Shown: positions 17,761-27,208 of the stretch, one piece after another
Layout of the letters: every line of letters starts with the position of its first letter
Position numbering within the stretch: the stretch's first letter is position 1
Origin: a plasmid
Strand: one strand, 5' to 3'
DNA length: 32,740 bases
Sequence record: NZ_CP072582.1
The notes under the pieces: model-generated
The model's input: only the letters and a program-made list of their open reading frames with translations
Databases searched by the model: none
Told to the model about the DNA's origin: nothing
Position numbers and translations under genes: made by a program

Positions 17761-18714
17761 ATGGAAAACTTACGGACTGCATTTAAAACATCAGATAAAC
17801 TAGGAAAAGTTGTAATGCTTACAGGTAGAAAAGGCGGCATTGGTAAGACTACAGACAATGATTTATTAGCGATTGTTTCTAGTCAACTTTTTGAAAAAGA
17901 CGTGTTGCTAATTGATTATGACCAACAAAGAAATACTACTTCCAACATTGGATCAACGTATCAAATTACTAGCTTTGATCGATCCATGTCTGCAGCAATC
18001 AAAAAAGGGGACTGGGTTTCAGGTATTACTCAAGTAAGTCCACATTTATATATTATGGCTGGCTCTCCTGGATCTGAAGAACTTAATGAATACTTGTCCG
18101 AAAAATATCCTGATCGTCGTAAGAGATCATTGGCCTTCATTAAACCTTTAGAAGAATTGAGAAAAAATTTCGATTATATCTTTATCGACTGCCCACCATC
18201 AACAGATAATGTGGTTCGTGCATTCTTAACTGCTGCAGATTATATTATTGCAATGCAAGAATTAAAACGGTACGCAATGGAAGGAACAGAAGATTTTATT
18301 AATAAAGTTTTAGTTCCGATTGTCACGAATTTTGAAGAGTCTCATCTTCAAATCATTGGAATTTTGCCTGTTCTTTTCTCAGTGCGACGTTCCTCTCAAC
18401 ACGCAAACTATCAAAAAACAATTGATAAGTATGGTGAATCAAACATTTTTAAAAGCATTGTTAAAGGCTCGGATCGGTTAGAAATGTATGGTGAGAATGG
18501 TATCCAATTAAATGATTATGTAGATCGAAGATGGTGGGCTATTTTTGCAGACATCTTTACAGAATTAGAAGAAAGAATTGAATACTATGAACAACATGGT
18601 GATATTGAAGGATTTGATTATACACCTAAATATGCTGACTCAATGGCCAATCATATCCTACCTCTTGGAAAGGAGATTAAACTAAATGGCATTATTACCA
18701 ACGAACAAAGATAA
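17761..18714 (+). CDS. parA: ParA-family partition ATPase, 318 aa from the ATG after the RBS
   Basis: Deviant Walker A GRKGGIGKTT. The first ATG of the track ORF lies inside the GGAGGG RBS, so the start is placed at MENLRTAFK. Confidence 0.85.
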   Translation: MENLRTAFKTSDKLGKVVMLTGRKGGIGKTTDNDLLAIVSSQLFEKDVLLIDYDQQRNTTSNIGSTYQITSFDRSMSAAIKKGDWVSGITQVSPHLYIMAGSPGSEELNEYLSEKYPDRRKRSLAFIKPLEELRKNFDYIFIDCPPSTDNVVRAFLTAADYIIAMQELKRYAMEGTEDFINKVLVPIVTNFEESHLQIIGILPVLFSVRRSSQHANYQKTIDKYGESNIFKSIVKGSDRLEMYGENGIQLNDYVDRRWWAIFADIFTELEERIEYYEQHGDIEGFDYTPKYADSMANHILPLGKEIKLNGIITNEQR

Positions 18715-18961
18715 GAAGAAAATTGGTGCTGAAGATATTTCAATTAAAGATGATATTAATGTCGAGTTAGGGGAACGAAAGTACACTGCGAAAGAAAGAA
18801 AACCAGTTCAAGTAGATCCTCCCGTACTAAAAACCATTCGGGATCTTAGTTATGCAAAAGATATTCCTATGTATGAAATAGTCAAACTTGCAATGGACGC
18901 CTATGTTGATACTTTAAACGACGAGGAACGGATTATATATAATAGACGATCAAAAGATTAA
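18686..18961 (+). CDS. Small partition adaptor or centromere-binding protein (RHH-like, PrgO/ParG-type), 91 aa
   Basis: Overlaps the parA 3' end. It sits between parA and a second centromere-like repeat block, in the type Ib partition operon layout. Confidence 0.65.
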   Translation: MALLPTNKDKKKIGAEDISIKDDINVELGERKYTAKERKPVQVDPPVLKTIRDLSYAKDIPMYEIVKLAMDAYVDTLNDEERIIYNRRSKD

Positions 18962-19016
18962 AATATAGTAAGTATACTAGATATAGTAAATATATTTAGT
19001 ATACTTACTATATTTT
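18962..19016. repeat. Downstream centromere-like repeat block (AAATATAGT AAGTATACT AGATATAGT AAATATATT TAGTATACT TACTATATT)
   Basis: Same heptamer family as 17596..17745. Confidence 0.65.
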
Positions 19017-19153
19017 TAGCTTTATTAATCCTAATCCTTCAAAATATGTGTATTGTTTGGGGGTATACAACATTTGGTGTTAGTATCAAATCTTAGACAG
19101 CTTTTCGTAGAGACAAGAATAAATTAAACTTATCTACGAGAGGATGAATTTTT

Positions 19154-19408
19154 ATGACCCGATATGAAGAAAATTTTAAACAAATGATTGTTGAACTGAA
19201 TCAAACTGGACGTTCTGTTCGAGGGTTAGCGAAAGAATATGGCTTATCTGAAGCAACGATTTACAAATGGAAGAATTTATATTTACCTGATCAGTCCACA
19301 GGACTGACTGGAAAAGAAGTAGCTGAACTGAGAAAAGAAAATGCTCGTTTAAATGAGGAACTTGAAATCTTAAAAAAAGCCGCAGCCATATTCTCTCGGA
19401 AAACCTAA
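19154..19408 (+). CDS. IS3-family OrfA (HTH transposase subunit) of element A, 84 aa
   Basis: HTH plus leucine-zipper-like C-terminus (ELRKENARLNEELEILKKA). Confidence 0.8.
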   Translation: MTRYEENFKQMIVELNQTGRSVRGLAKEYGLSEATIYKWKNLYLPDQSTGLTGKEVAELRKENARLNEELEILKKAAAIFSRKT

Positions 19409-19458
19409 ATTCGCTTGTTCAATTTATTGAAAAATGGTGTAAGGATTACACTGTTTCT

Positions 19459-19773
19459 TTGTTGTGTCGGTTATTAGAAATCCCTAGAAGTGTCTATTAT
19501 TTTTATAAGAATAAACCGTTGACAGCTACAGAAATCAGAAATAATAAGTTGAAAAAGAAGATTTCAACAATTTTTTTTACGAATAAACAACGCTATGGTG
19601 CCACAAAGATCCATCAAGTTTTATTAAAAGAAGGGATTTCAGTATCTCTTAAACATGTCCAAAAGCTAATGAAACAATTAAATTTAAGGTCGATTGTAGT
19701 TAAAAAATATAGACCTCAAAGGTCTAATAAACCGATCATGGATAGGCTACAATTAACTAGACAGAAAAATTAA
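19459..19773 (+). pseudogene. IS3-family OrfB of element A, N-terminal part, interrupted by element B
   Basis: The frame stops where element B begins. The same protein continues in frame at about 21095. Confidence 0.7.
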
Positions 19774-19813
19774 GGTGTGTAGACTAGAAGAAAACATACC
19801 AGGAGGAATTTTT

Positions 19814-20104
19814 ATGTCTAAGAGAACACGAAGAACTTTTTCACAAGAATTCAAGCAACAAATCGTCAATCTTTACTTAGCTGGAAAGCCACGTGTAGAA
19901 ATCATTCGAGAATATGAACTAACGGCTTCAGCATTTGACAAATGGGTAAAGCAATTTAAAACGAGTGGTTCATTCAAAGAAAAAGATAATCTTACGCCTG
20001 AACAAAAAGAATTGTTAGAACTACGTAAAAGAAACCAGCAATTAGAAATGGAAAATGATATTTTAAAGCAAGCAGCGCTGATATTCGGACGAAGAGACAA
20101 GTAA
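19814..20104 (+). CDS. IS3-family OrfA of element B (start MSKRTRRTF)
   Basis: HTH plus zipper (ELLELRKRNQQLEMENDILKQA). The upstream ATG lacks an RBS. Confidence 0.75.
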   Translation: MSKRTRRTFSQEFKQQIVNLYLAGKPRVEIIREYELTASAFDKWVKQFKTSGSFKEKDNLTPEQKELLELRKRNQQLEMENDILKQAALIFGRRDK

Positions 20105-20139
20105 TCGATGCGAATAAGCATCTTTACCCTATATCAGCG

Positions 20140-20976
20140 ATGTGCAGAATATTAGGTCTATCACGTCAGTCCTATTATTATCAATCAAAACCAAAGAAAG
20201 ACGAATCAGAACTTGAAGAAGTAGTCGCTGAAGAATTTATCCGCAGCCGAAAGGCCTACGGCTCAAGAAAAATAAAAAAAGCCTTATCAAAACGAGGCAT
20301 TCAGATCAGCCGACGAAAAATTAGTAGAATCATGAAAAATAGAGGATTAAAATCGAGCTATACTGTTGCTTATTTTAAAGTACATCATTCTACTTGCAAT
20401 GAAGCCAAAACGACAAACGTATTGAATCGTAAATTCTTAAGAGACAACCCATTAGAAGCGATCGTAACAGACTTGACTTATGTACGAGTCGGGAAAAAAT
20501 GGAATTATGTCTGTTTCATTTTGGATCTGTTCAATCGAGAAATTCTCGGCTATTCTTGTGGAGAACATAAAGATGCCGTTCTAGTAAAAAAAGCATTTAG
20601 CCGTATCAAACAACCTCTGACAGAGGTTGAGATTTTTCATACTGATCGTGGAAAAGAGTTTGATAACCAAGCTATTGATGAATTATTAACAACTTTTGAC
20701 ATCAATCGATCATTGAGTCATAAAGGCTGTCCTTTTGATAATGCCGTAGCTGAATCAACTTATAAGTCGTTGAAAGTAGAATTTGTCTATCAATACACAT
20801 TTGAAACCTTACAACAATTGGATTTGGAGTTATTTGACTATGTCAATTGGTGGAACCACCTTCGGTTGCACGGTACACTTGGCTACGAGACACCGGTTGG
20901 TTACCGTAACCAGAGATTGGCGCAGCGAATCCTTGATAATGAGCTCGGATGTGCTAACGCTAGCGAGGCAGTCTAA
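20140..20976 (+). CDS. IS3-family OrfB (DDE integrase core) of element B. It is probably expressed by -1 frameshifting from orfA.
   Basis: DDE/rve region with HTDRGKEF and GCPFDNAVAES motifs. Confidence 0.8.
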   Translation: MCRILGLSRQSYYYQSKPKKDESELEEVVAEEFIRSRKAYGSRKIKKALSKRGIQISRRKISRIMKNRGLKSSYTVAYFKVHHSTCNEAKTTNVLNRKFLRDNPLEAIVTDLTYVRVGKKWNYVCFILDLFNREILGYSCGEHKDAVLVKKAFSRIKQPLTEVEIFHTDRGKEFDNQAIDELLTTFDINRSLSHKGCPFDNAVAESTYKSLKVEFVYQYTFETLQQLDLELFDYVNWWNHLRLHGTLGYETPVGYRNQRLAQRILDNELGCANASEAV

Positions 20977-21094
20977 CTTTAACTGTTAGCTCCTGCCGAA
21001 GATCGTCACATCCGAGGAGGCTCATTGTCAAGGACAATCGGAATAGCATACGGAAAGAAGTTCTGCACCTTATAAAATTTGTCAAAAAAACTGT

Positions 21095-21649
21095 TGCCAT
21101 TCCATCATTTCAAAAGAGAATCTCTTAAATCAGGACTTTTCTACTGAAACGATCTGTGAGAAATGGGCAGCTGACATTACGTACATTCCTACTAAGAAAA
21201 ATGGTTGGTGTTACTTATCTTCAATCATGGATTTACACACGAAAAGAATTATTAGTTATACATTTTCAAAACGAATGACTGTGGATTGTGTCATTCAAAC
21301 ATTGAATAAAGCAAAAATACATTATCACATTCCAGAAGGAATGATTCTACACACTGACTTGGGCAGCCAATACACAGCAAGAGAAGTGGAACAATGGCTT
21401 AAAACCAACAAAATAAGGCATTCTTATAGTAGAAAAGGAACACCTTATGATAATGCTGGAATCGAATCTTTCCATGCCTCATTGAAAAAAGAAGAAGTCT
21501 ACACGACTAGCTACTCAGATTTTGAAGAAGCAAATCGAGCGCTATTTAGCTACATTGAAGGATTTTATAACCGAAATCGAATCCATAGCTCGATTCACTA
21601 TCTAACCCCACAGGAATTTGAAGAATTAGCAAAAGAAAAAATGGCTTAA
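21095..21649 (+). pseudogene. IS3-family OrfB of element A, C-terminal part (…ENLLNQDFSTETICEKWAADITYIP… then the DDE core)
   Basis: In-frame continuation of 19459..19773 across element B. Motifs HTDLGSQYT and GTPYDNAGIESFH. Confidence 0.7.
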
Positions 21650-22121
21650 CCGTCTCTACTAAAATGTGTCCAAGATATTGACTCAAATCCAGTAATATCA
21701 CAATAGGAATGCTGTTTATTATATTAGCAGCAGTGCTGATTTTTATGATAGTTATTTGGTTCTTAAATGAAAGATCTAAAGACAATCAACACCGTAGGGA
21801 TATGGAGATAAAATCAATAGAGTCAATAGATTATTTATCGATAATAACACTAAAAAAGCCACGTTCCTAAACGTGACTTACGCTGAACGATATGTGTTGT
21901 TTGGTAGACGAACAAATCGTTCATTATAAATATATGATGGTATCCTAATATAGTAAGCGTGGCTAGCATACCTTTAATTACTTTACCTTTTACAGTTACC
22001 ATACACATTTTTTGAGCAGAAATCAAGTAAATAAAAAAATATTATATTTCACAACATGCTAATAGACTCATATCTAGAACGCATTAAGTATTTACCTGTC
22101 TGGTTCGCTGAGACTTCTTTT

Positions 22122-22703
22122 TTAACTTTCTTCAATTTTCTTCTTTATTCTAAAAAGCGTACTGCGACTGAAACCGGTTATAGCTTCAACTTCCTTATAC
22201 GATTTACCTGAAGTAAGCAGTTCATATGCGTGCCTCTTCTTCGGTGTGATTGTTGCTTTCGGACGTCCTTCTCTGAAATTAGGATTATTCTTTCTTGCAA
22301 ACATTTTTCCTTCTTGGGTACGTTCCACAATCATATCACGTTCCATTTCTGCTACACTCAACAACGTCCGTGTCACCATTCGCCCCATGGACGTATTTTC
22401 AATCGTTCCTAGATTCAAAACCTTGATCGTTACGTTATCATCGAGTAAAGGTTCAATGATCTCTAATGCTTCTCTCGTGTTACGAGCAAATCGATCAAGC
22501 TTCGTAACAACTATTTCATCTCCAGGCTTCAGACCAGCCAACAGCTGATTGAATTTTGGCCGATCCCGTTTTGTACCCGTAAATTTTTCTGAAAAAATAT
22601 TCTTCTTCTCTACGCAGTTCTCAAGCAACTGTTGAATTTGTTCTTTTGTACTTTGAGAAGCGGTTGAGACACGTGCATATCCATATTTCGTCATTTGGTC
22701 CAC
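22122..22703 (-). CDS. Small serine recombinase (resolvase/invertase), 193 aa
   Basis: N-terminal [11 protein letters not shown] catalytic serine motif. C-terminal HTH. Confidence 0.85.
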   Translation of the reverse strand: MDQMTKYGYARVSTASQSTKEQIQQLLENCVEKKNIFSEKFTGTKRDRPKFNQLLAGLKPGDEIVVTKLDRFARNTREALEIIEPLLDDNVTIKVLNLGTIENTSMGRMVTRTLLSVAEMERDMIVERTQEGKMFARKNNPNFREGRPKATITPKKRHAYELLTSGKSYKEVEAITGFSRSTLFRIKKKIEES

Positions 22704-22709
22704 CTACTT

Positions 22710-23315
22710 TTACAAATCATCTATCGTATACTCAGAATACCCTTCATAGAAATAGCTGACATCGATTCCTTTCATATATAACTCGCGATCGTCAATTTTA
22801 TCAGTCAGAGCATTGGAAATTAGATAGCGTATTTCCAAATCGTTTATGGGACTTCGCTCCATTGCAGAAAGATAGTCTGCTTTATCGATTAAGTTCCAAT
22901 CTACAACTTTTTGCAATTCTTCCTTTAAAATGAGATCCAGCCAAATTCTAGTACTTCGGCCATTTCCTTCTCGAAATGGGTGAGCGATATTCATCTCCAC
23001 ATATTTCTTGATAATCTCTTCAAAAGAAGTTTGTGGCATCTGATCAATATGCTGTAACGAATGTTCTAAATACATAACTGGTGCAAATCGAAAATTTCCT
23101 TTTGCAATATTGACCGATCGGATTTTTCCGGCAAAATCGTAAATATCCGAAAATAGAAATTCATGAATTTCAGATAAACCTTTAAATGTACCAACTTCGA
23201 TTTCATTTATTTTTCCACAATCGTACAATTCTTTCGCTTTTTGTTTACTGAGTTTTTCTTCAACCTTAGCCAACTCAACTTGATTGGTTAATCCCAATTT
23301 ATTCTCTAAAATCAT
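22710..23315 (-). CDS. fic: Fic-family protein, class III (C-terminal inhibitory SxxxEG helix), 201 aa
   Basis: Fic motif [13 protein letters not shown]-terminal SYFYEG matches the auto-inhibitory [S/T]xxxE[G/N] motif. It lies 7 nt upstream of the resolvase gene. Confidence 0.8.
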   Translation of the reverse strand: MILENKLGLTNQVELAKVEEKLSKQKAKELYDCGKINEIEVGTFKGLSEIHEFLFSDIYDFAGKIRSVNIAKGNFRFAPVMYLEHSLQHIDQMPQTSFEEIIKKYVEMNIAHPFREGNGRSTRIWLDLILKEELQKVVDWNLIDKADYLSAMERSPINDLEIRYLISNALTDKIDDRELYMKGIDVSYFYEGYSEYTIDDL

Positions 23316-23458
23316 GCGAAATCTCCTTAACTTTATGACATAAGTTTATGAAACACTCTCAACCCCATTATATCGCGATTTTGTTTATGTGTCAAAAACT
23401 ATTAAGTTTCTGACCCCCGATAGATTTTTCAAGTGTCTCTATTTTGCACAGTCTAGTT

Positions 23459-24267
23459 GGTTCTGTTGCAAAGTTTTAAATAAAGAATAAAATCCCTTAC
23501 GGTATCTATGATTTAAGCTGGGATTCCCAATAATACCTTGATTTCAGTACAGACCGAAAACCCGAAGAGAGTGCCTTCTTTTCGGGTTTTCTTATATAAT
23601 CCTCGAATGGCTTCCATGCCTTTAATCGTGGTAGAGGCAGTGCGTAAACTTCGATAGAATTTATTGCGTCTCTTTACTGGACGATGGTCTTGTTCAATCA
23701 AATTATTCAGGTATTTAATGGTACGATGTTCTGTCCCTTGATAAAAGCCGTATTCTTTTAGTTTCTTAAAGGCACTTGTAATAGAGGGGGCTTTATCTGT
23801 GACTACAACCTTCGGTTCATCAAACTGCTTCACTAACCGCTTAAGAAAAGCATAGGCTGCTTGTGTGTCCCGTTTTTTACGTAACCAAATATCCAAGGTT
23901 AAACCATCTGCATCGATGGCTCGATACAAATAATGCCATTTTCCTTTAATTTTGATGTACGTTTCATCCATTTTCCATGAATAAAAGGATTTTTTATTTT
24001 TCTTTTTCCAAATTTGATAGAGTAGTTTGCCATATTCTTGCACCCAACGATAAATCGTCGTATGAGAAACGTTAATGCCACGATCATATAAGATTTCTTG
24101 AACTTCACGATAGCTAAGGTTATAACGAAGATAGTAGCCCACGGCTACAATAATCACATCCTGCTGAAATTGCTTTCCTTTAAAATGATTCATCGTCATT
24201 CCTCCTGCTATCTTTTTCTATTATTCTACCTTATTTGATAGTAGATTTAAAACTTTGCAACAGAACC
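23459..24267 (-). mobile_element. IS1216-type insertion sequence, copy 3, 809 bp
   Basis: Terminal IRs. Transposase identical to copy 1. Confidence 0.95.
23513..24199 (-). CDS. tnp: IS6-family (IS1216) transposase, 228 aa
   Basis: Identical to the copy 1 protein. Confidence 0.95.
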   Translation of the reverse strand: MTMNHFKGKQFQQDVIIVAVGYYLRYNLSYREVQEILYDRGINVSHTTIYRWVQEYGKLLYQIWKKKNKKSFYSWKMDETYIKIKGKWHYLYRAIDADGLTLDIWLRKKRDTQAAYAFLKRLVKQFDEPKVVVTDKAPSITSAFKKLKEYGFYQGTEHRTIKYLNNLIEQDHRPVKRRNKFYRSLRTASTTIKGMEAIRGLYKKTRKEGTLFGFSVCTEIKVLLGIPA

Positions 24268-24288
24268 CTTCTTTCTAACTGGAACATA

Positions 24289-24912
24289 TTACATTCCTAA
24301 ATCTCTTTTTACTCGATAAACGGTTTTTCTTGTAACTCCTGCGTTCTTTGCTATTTTAGAAATAGTTTCTTTTTTCTTCAGACCATCAACAATTTCATCG
24401 TAAATCAATTTGTTTTTTCCTGTTGCATTGGCATGGTATTGAATCTTTTTACCAGTATAACGACCATTTTTCTTTGCAATTTCAATGCCTTGTTTTTGAC
24501 GCTCTTTGATTTTTTTCCGTTCGTTTTCAGCAACATAGCTAAACACTTCTATGACTAAATTTGTTAGCAAGTCTCTTAATGCAGGGTCAGTTACCCCATT
24601 AAACGACGGTAGGTCTAATATTTCAATAGAAGCACCTTTACTACGAAACAATTGAAGTAAGTCTTTTGTATCTTTACTATTTCTTGCTAATCGATCAAGA
24701 CTAGGAATAATAATCGTATCTCGTTCACGTATGAAAGAAATAAGCTCTTGCAGCTCTGGTCTGTTTTCAATATTTTTTCCAGAGACTTTTTCCTCGAAAA
24801 TTTTTAAATCGTCTTCAGCAATATTATTTTTGACTGACCAATTTTCAATTAGCTTATGTTGCCGAGCTAAACTTTGATCGTCGGAAGAAACTCTTAAATA
24901 AGCTAAATACAT
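24289..24912 (-). CDS. Serine recombinase (resolvase), 207 aa
   Basis: YLRVSSDDQ catalytic motif and C-terminal HTH. A probable res region lies upstream (24913..25150), with GGGTACAC / GTATACCC-type inverted motifs. Confidence 0.8.
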   Translation of the reverse strand: MYLAYLRVSSDDQSLARQHKLIENWSVKNNIAEDDLKIFEEKVSGKNIENRPELQELISFIRERDTIIIPSLDRLARNSKDTKDLLQLFRSKGASIEILDLPSFNGVTDPALRDLLTNLVIEVFSYVAENERKKIKERQKQGIEIAKKNGRYTGKKIQYHANATGKNKLIYDEIVDGLKKKETISKIAKNAGVTRKTVYRVKRDLGM

Positions 24913-25151
24913 TTGCCATCATTCCTATCCAATCTATTTACTATTAGTATACAGGTCTTAGGGTACACTTTGCAATAAAGAAAAACCGCTGAAAAATCAA
25001 CGCTTTAAGCAAATATGGATTTGTACCATTAGAGTATACCCAAAAGAAACAACAAATAAACTGTAGATAGCGGGTTCAAGTTGTAGTCGTTGCTGGCTAC
25101 ATCACCTCCTTTAAGTATTTCTTAGGTAACAGAAATGTGAACACAAAAATA

Positions 25152-25190
25152 AGGACATTAGTTTATTTTAAAACTAACATCCTTAATATC
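25152..25190 (-). terminator. Native rho-independent terminator of the AT-rich operon, now separated from it by the ISL3 insertion
   Basis: Imperfect 13-bp stem AGGACATTAGTTT/AAACTAACATCCT followed on the minus strand by CCUUAUUUUUGUGUU. It lies just past the reconstructed original stop of the 172-aa gene. Confidence 0.5.
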
Positions 25191-25201
25191 TTAATTTATC
25201 C

Positions 25202-26700
25202 GGCTCTATACTTTTTGATGTTGGTGGATGACACCAGCATCTTTTTTATTTTCCAAAACATATAGAAAAGACACCTTGAAATCCTTTAGAATTAATTTGG
25301 CGAACCAACCCAAAAGGAGGAATCAAGATGTCTTACACTCACCTTATCAAAGAAACATTAGATATTCTAGACTTATCAGTTACTTTTAACGAAAATTGTC
25401 TCACAAAAGAAAAATACAAAGGGCAAATCTGTCATATTTATCGTGGAAACTTGATTTATACAGCCCAAGAATGCATCCACTGTAAACACCAGATTGCTTC
25501 AGATATTGTGCGTTGGGGTACAACAACCGTCCGGTTGTTAATGAACGATGTTTCTGAATACCGTACCTACCTCGAATTGAAAAAGCAACGCTTCAAATGC
25601 AAAGCTTGTCAGCGGACCTTTGTCGCAGATACTTCTGTTGCGAAAAAACATTGTTTCATCAGTGAGAAAGTCCGCTGGTCTGTCGTGACTCGTCTGAAAA
25701 AAAATACCTCAATGACAGAGATCGCCGCTCAGAAAAATCTATCGGTCTCTTCTGTTTACCGTATTATGAAGCGATTTTATCGTCCGTTGAATCCTTTTCG
25801 GACACCGTTACCTAAGGTACTTTGTTTTGATGAATTCAAATCAGTTCGGGGTGTTTCAGGTGCTATGAGTTTCATCATGATGGATGGACAAACACAGCGC
25901 TTATTGGACATTGTCGAGAACCGACAACTGCCTTTTTTAAAACGTTATTTTAGTCATTTTTCACGAGAAATTCGTGAAGCGGTCGAATGGATCGTGATTG
26001 ATATGTACGCTCCTTATGTATCGCTCGTTAAAAAGCTGTTTCCAAAAGCACAGCTGATTATTGACCGGTTTCACATCGTCCAACATATTGGTCGTACCTT
26101 TCGCAATCATCGAATCAAAGAAACGAACCAACTATTAAAAAGCAAAGAACAAAAACACTATCAATTAGGTAAGCAATTAAAAAGATACTGGAAACTTCTT
26201 CAAAAAGATGAACGCAAGCTTGATTATACTCGACGCCTTTGGCGACCTGGCTTCAAAGCTCATTTAACAGAGACCGATATTGTGGATCGCTTACTGAAAG
26301 GGAGCCCTGCTTTGCGTGTAGGCTATCAGTTATATCAAGACTTTCTTTACGCTGTAAAGGAACGAGACTACGTATCGTTTGAAGAACTACTTACCAATAA
26401 TATCATGCTTCCCGAAGGCTATCAGACGACCTTGAGAACGTTCCAGAAATTTCTGCCACAAATCAAAAATGCTTTACAACAAAGTTATTCAAATGGCCCA
26501 CTTGAATGTCTGAACAACCATATCAAAGTGTTAAAACGAAATGCATATGGCTTTCGTAGCTTTTATAATTTCAAATTGCGCATCATGATTCGTCATGGCA
26601 ACGCATTGATTTTCAACTAAAAAAGATCAAGAGGAACTGATCCACTTGATCTCCAATTATTCTAAGATTTCTCTTTACCAACATCATTTGACAAAGAGCC
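25202..26700 (+). mobile_element. ISL3-family insertion sequence (second, distinct element), 1499 bp
   Basis: IRs GGCTCTATACTTTTTGATGTTGG… and …CCAACATCATTTGACAAAGAGCC. Perfect 8-bp TSD ATTTATCC at 25194..25201 and 26701..26708. Confidence 0.85.
25328..26620 (+). CDS. ISL3 family transposase, 430 aa
   Basis: Zinc-finger-like N-terminus (CIHCKH…CKACQRTF). ISL3-type length and IRs. Confidence 0.85.
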   Translation: MSYTHLIKETLDILDLSVTFNENCLTKEKYKGQICHIYRGNLIYTAQECIHCKHQIASDIVRWGTTTVRLLMNDVSEYRTYLELKKQRFKCKACQRTFVADTSVAKKHCFISEKVRWSVVTRLKKNTSMTEIAAQKNLSVSSVYRIMKRFYRPLNPFRTPLPKVLCFDEFKSVRGVSGAMSFIMMDGQTQRLLDIVENRQLPFLKRYFSHFSREIREAVEWIVIDMYAPYVSLVKKLFPKAQLIIDRFHIVQHIGRTFRNHRIKETNQLLKSKEQKHYQLGKQLKRYWKLLQKDERKLDYTRRLWRPGFKAHLTETDIVDRLLKGSPALRVGYQLYQDFLYAVKERDYVSFEELLTNNIMLPEGYQTTLRTFQKFLPQIKNALQQSYSNGPLECLNNHIKVLKRNAYGFRSFYNFKLRIMIRHGNALIFN

Positions 26701-27202
26701 ATTTATCCATATTTTGAGAAATAATACTTTTCCATTCAGAAACTAATTTAGTAAGGAATCTTGCAATGTTTTGTCTCATTAATTCATTATTTCTATTATC
26801 TATAAGATCTGTTAGATATTTTTCAAATTCTAAAAAGCTATCCGAATTTTCTTCGACGATTAAATACTTAAGAGAATTTATATCGGAAAAGATAGATTCA
26901 AGTTTACTAATCTCATTTTCTAAATCTATATTTTCACGTGTGATTATCTCATCACTTTTTCTTAAAAAGCTAAAAATTGCATCAGTTGCTTTACACTTTT
27001 CCATTAAAGAAGTATATTCTTCAATTTTTCTTCTTTCTTTATGGTCATTTTTTAAATCAGTTTCAATGTCTTTTTTCATTTGTTCTATACTGAGTTTGTT
27101 CTTTTTGTTCTTTTGAGTAAATCTAAAATTCAAACACGAAAAAAGTATGTTAGCAATAACACCTATAATAGCAAATAAATCATTTATACTATTTAATTTC
27201 AT
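26684..27202 (-). CDS. Hypothetical membrane-anchored coiled-coil protein, 172 aa (one N-terminal TM helix, then a charged helical domain). Second gene of the AT-rich operon. The last 5 codons are supplied by the ISL3 end.
   Basis: TM LFAIIGVIANILFSCLNF followed by a highly charged region. The reconstructed native C-terminus is …SQNMDKLRY*. Confidence 0.6.
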   Translation of the reverse strand: MKLNSINDLFAIIGVIANILFSCLNFRFTQKNKKNKLSIEQMKKDIETDLKNDHKERRKIEEYTSLMEKCKATDAIFSFLRKSDEIITRENIDLENEISKLESIFSDINSLKYLIVEENSDSFLEFEKYLTDLIDNRNNELMRQNIARFLTKLVSEWKSIISQNMDKWLFVK

Positions 27203-27208
27203 TTATCA

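Larger units (their letters stand above)
19771..21112 (+). mobile_element. IS3-family insertion sequence B (inner), inserted into orfB of element A. Boundaries are approximate (±30 bp).
   Basis: A 3-bp AAA duplication model restores the element-A OrfB reading frame (…TRQKKENLLNQDFSTE…). It contains orfA (19814..20104) and a DDE orfB (20140..20976) in the -1 frame arrangement. Confidence 0.6.
19092..21672 (+). mobile_element. IS3-family insertion sequence A (outer, about 1.29 kb of its own sequence) whose orfB is interrupted by a second IS3-family element
   Basis: Imperfect 26-bp IRs CTTAGACAGCTTTTCGTAGAGACAAG and CTTGGACACATTTTAGTAGAGACGGT (reverse complement). orfA 19154..19408. orfB is split into 19459..19773 and about 21095..21649. 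Boundaries are good to about ±3 bp. Confidence 0.7.

Noticed and set aside
22230-22548. 60- and 100-aa plus-strand ORFs inside the resolvase gene
   Set aside because: Antisense chance ORFs.
26766-27116. 116-aa plus-strand ORF inside the 172-aa coiled-coil gene
   Set aside because: It is antisense in a very AT-rich region. Its Phe/Leu/Ser-rich translation is typical of AT-rich noise.
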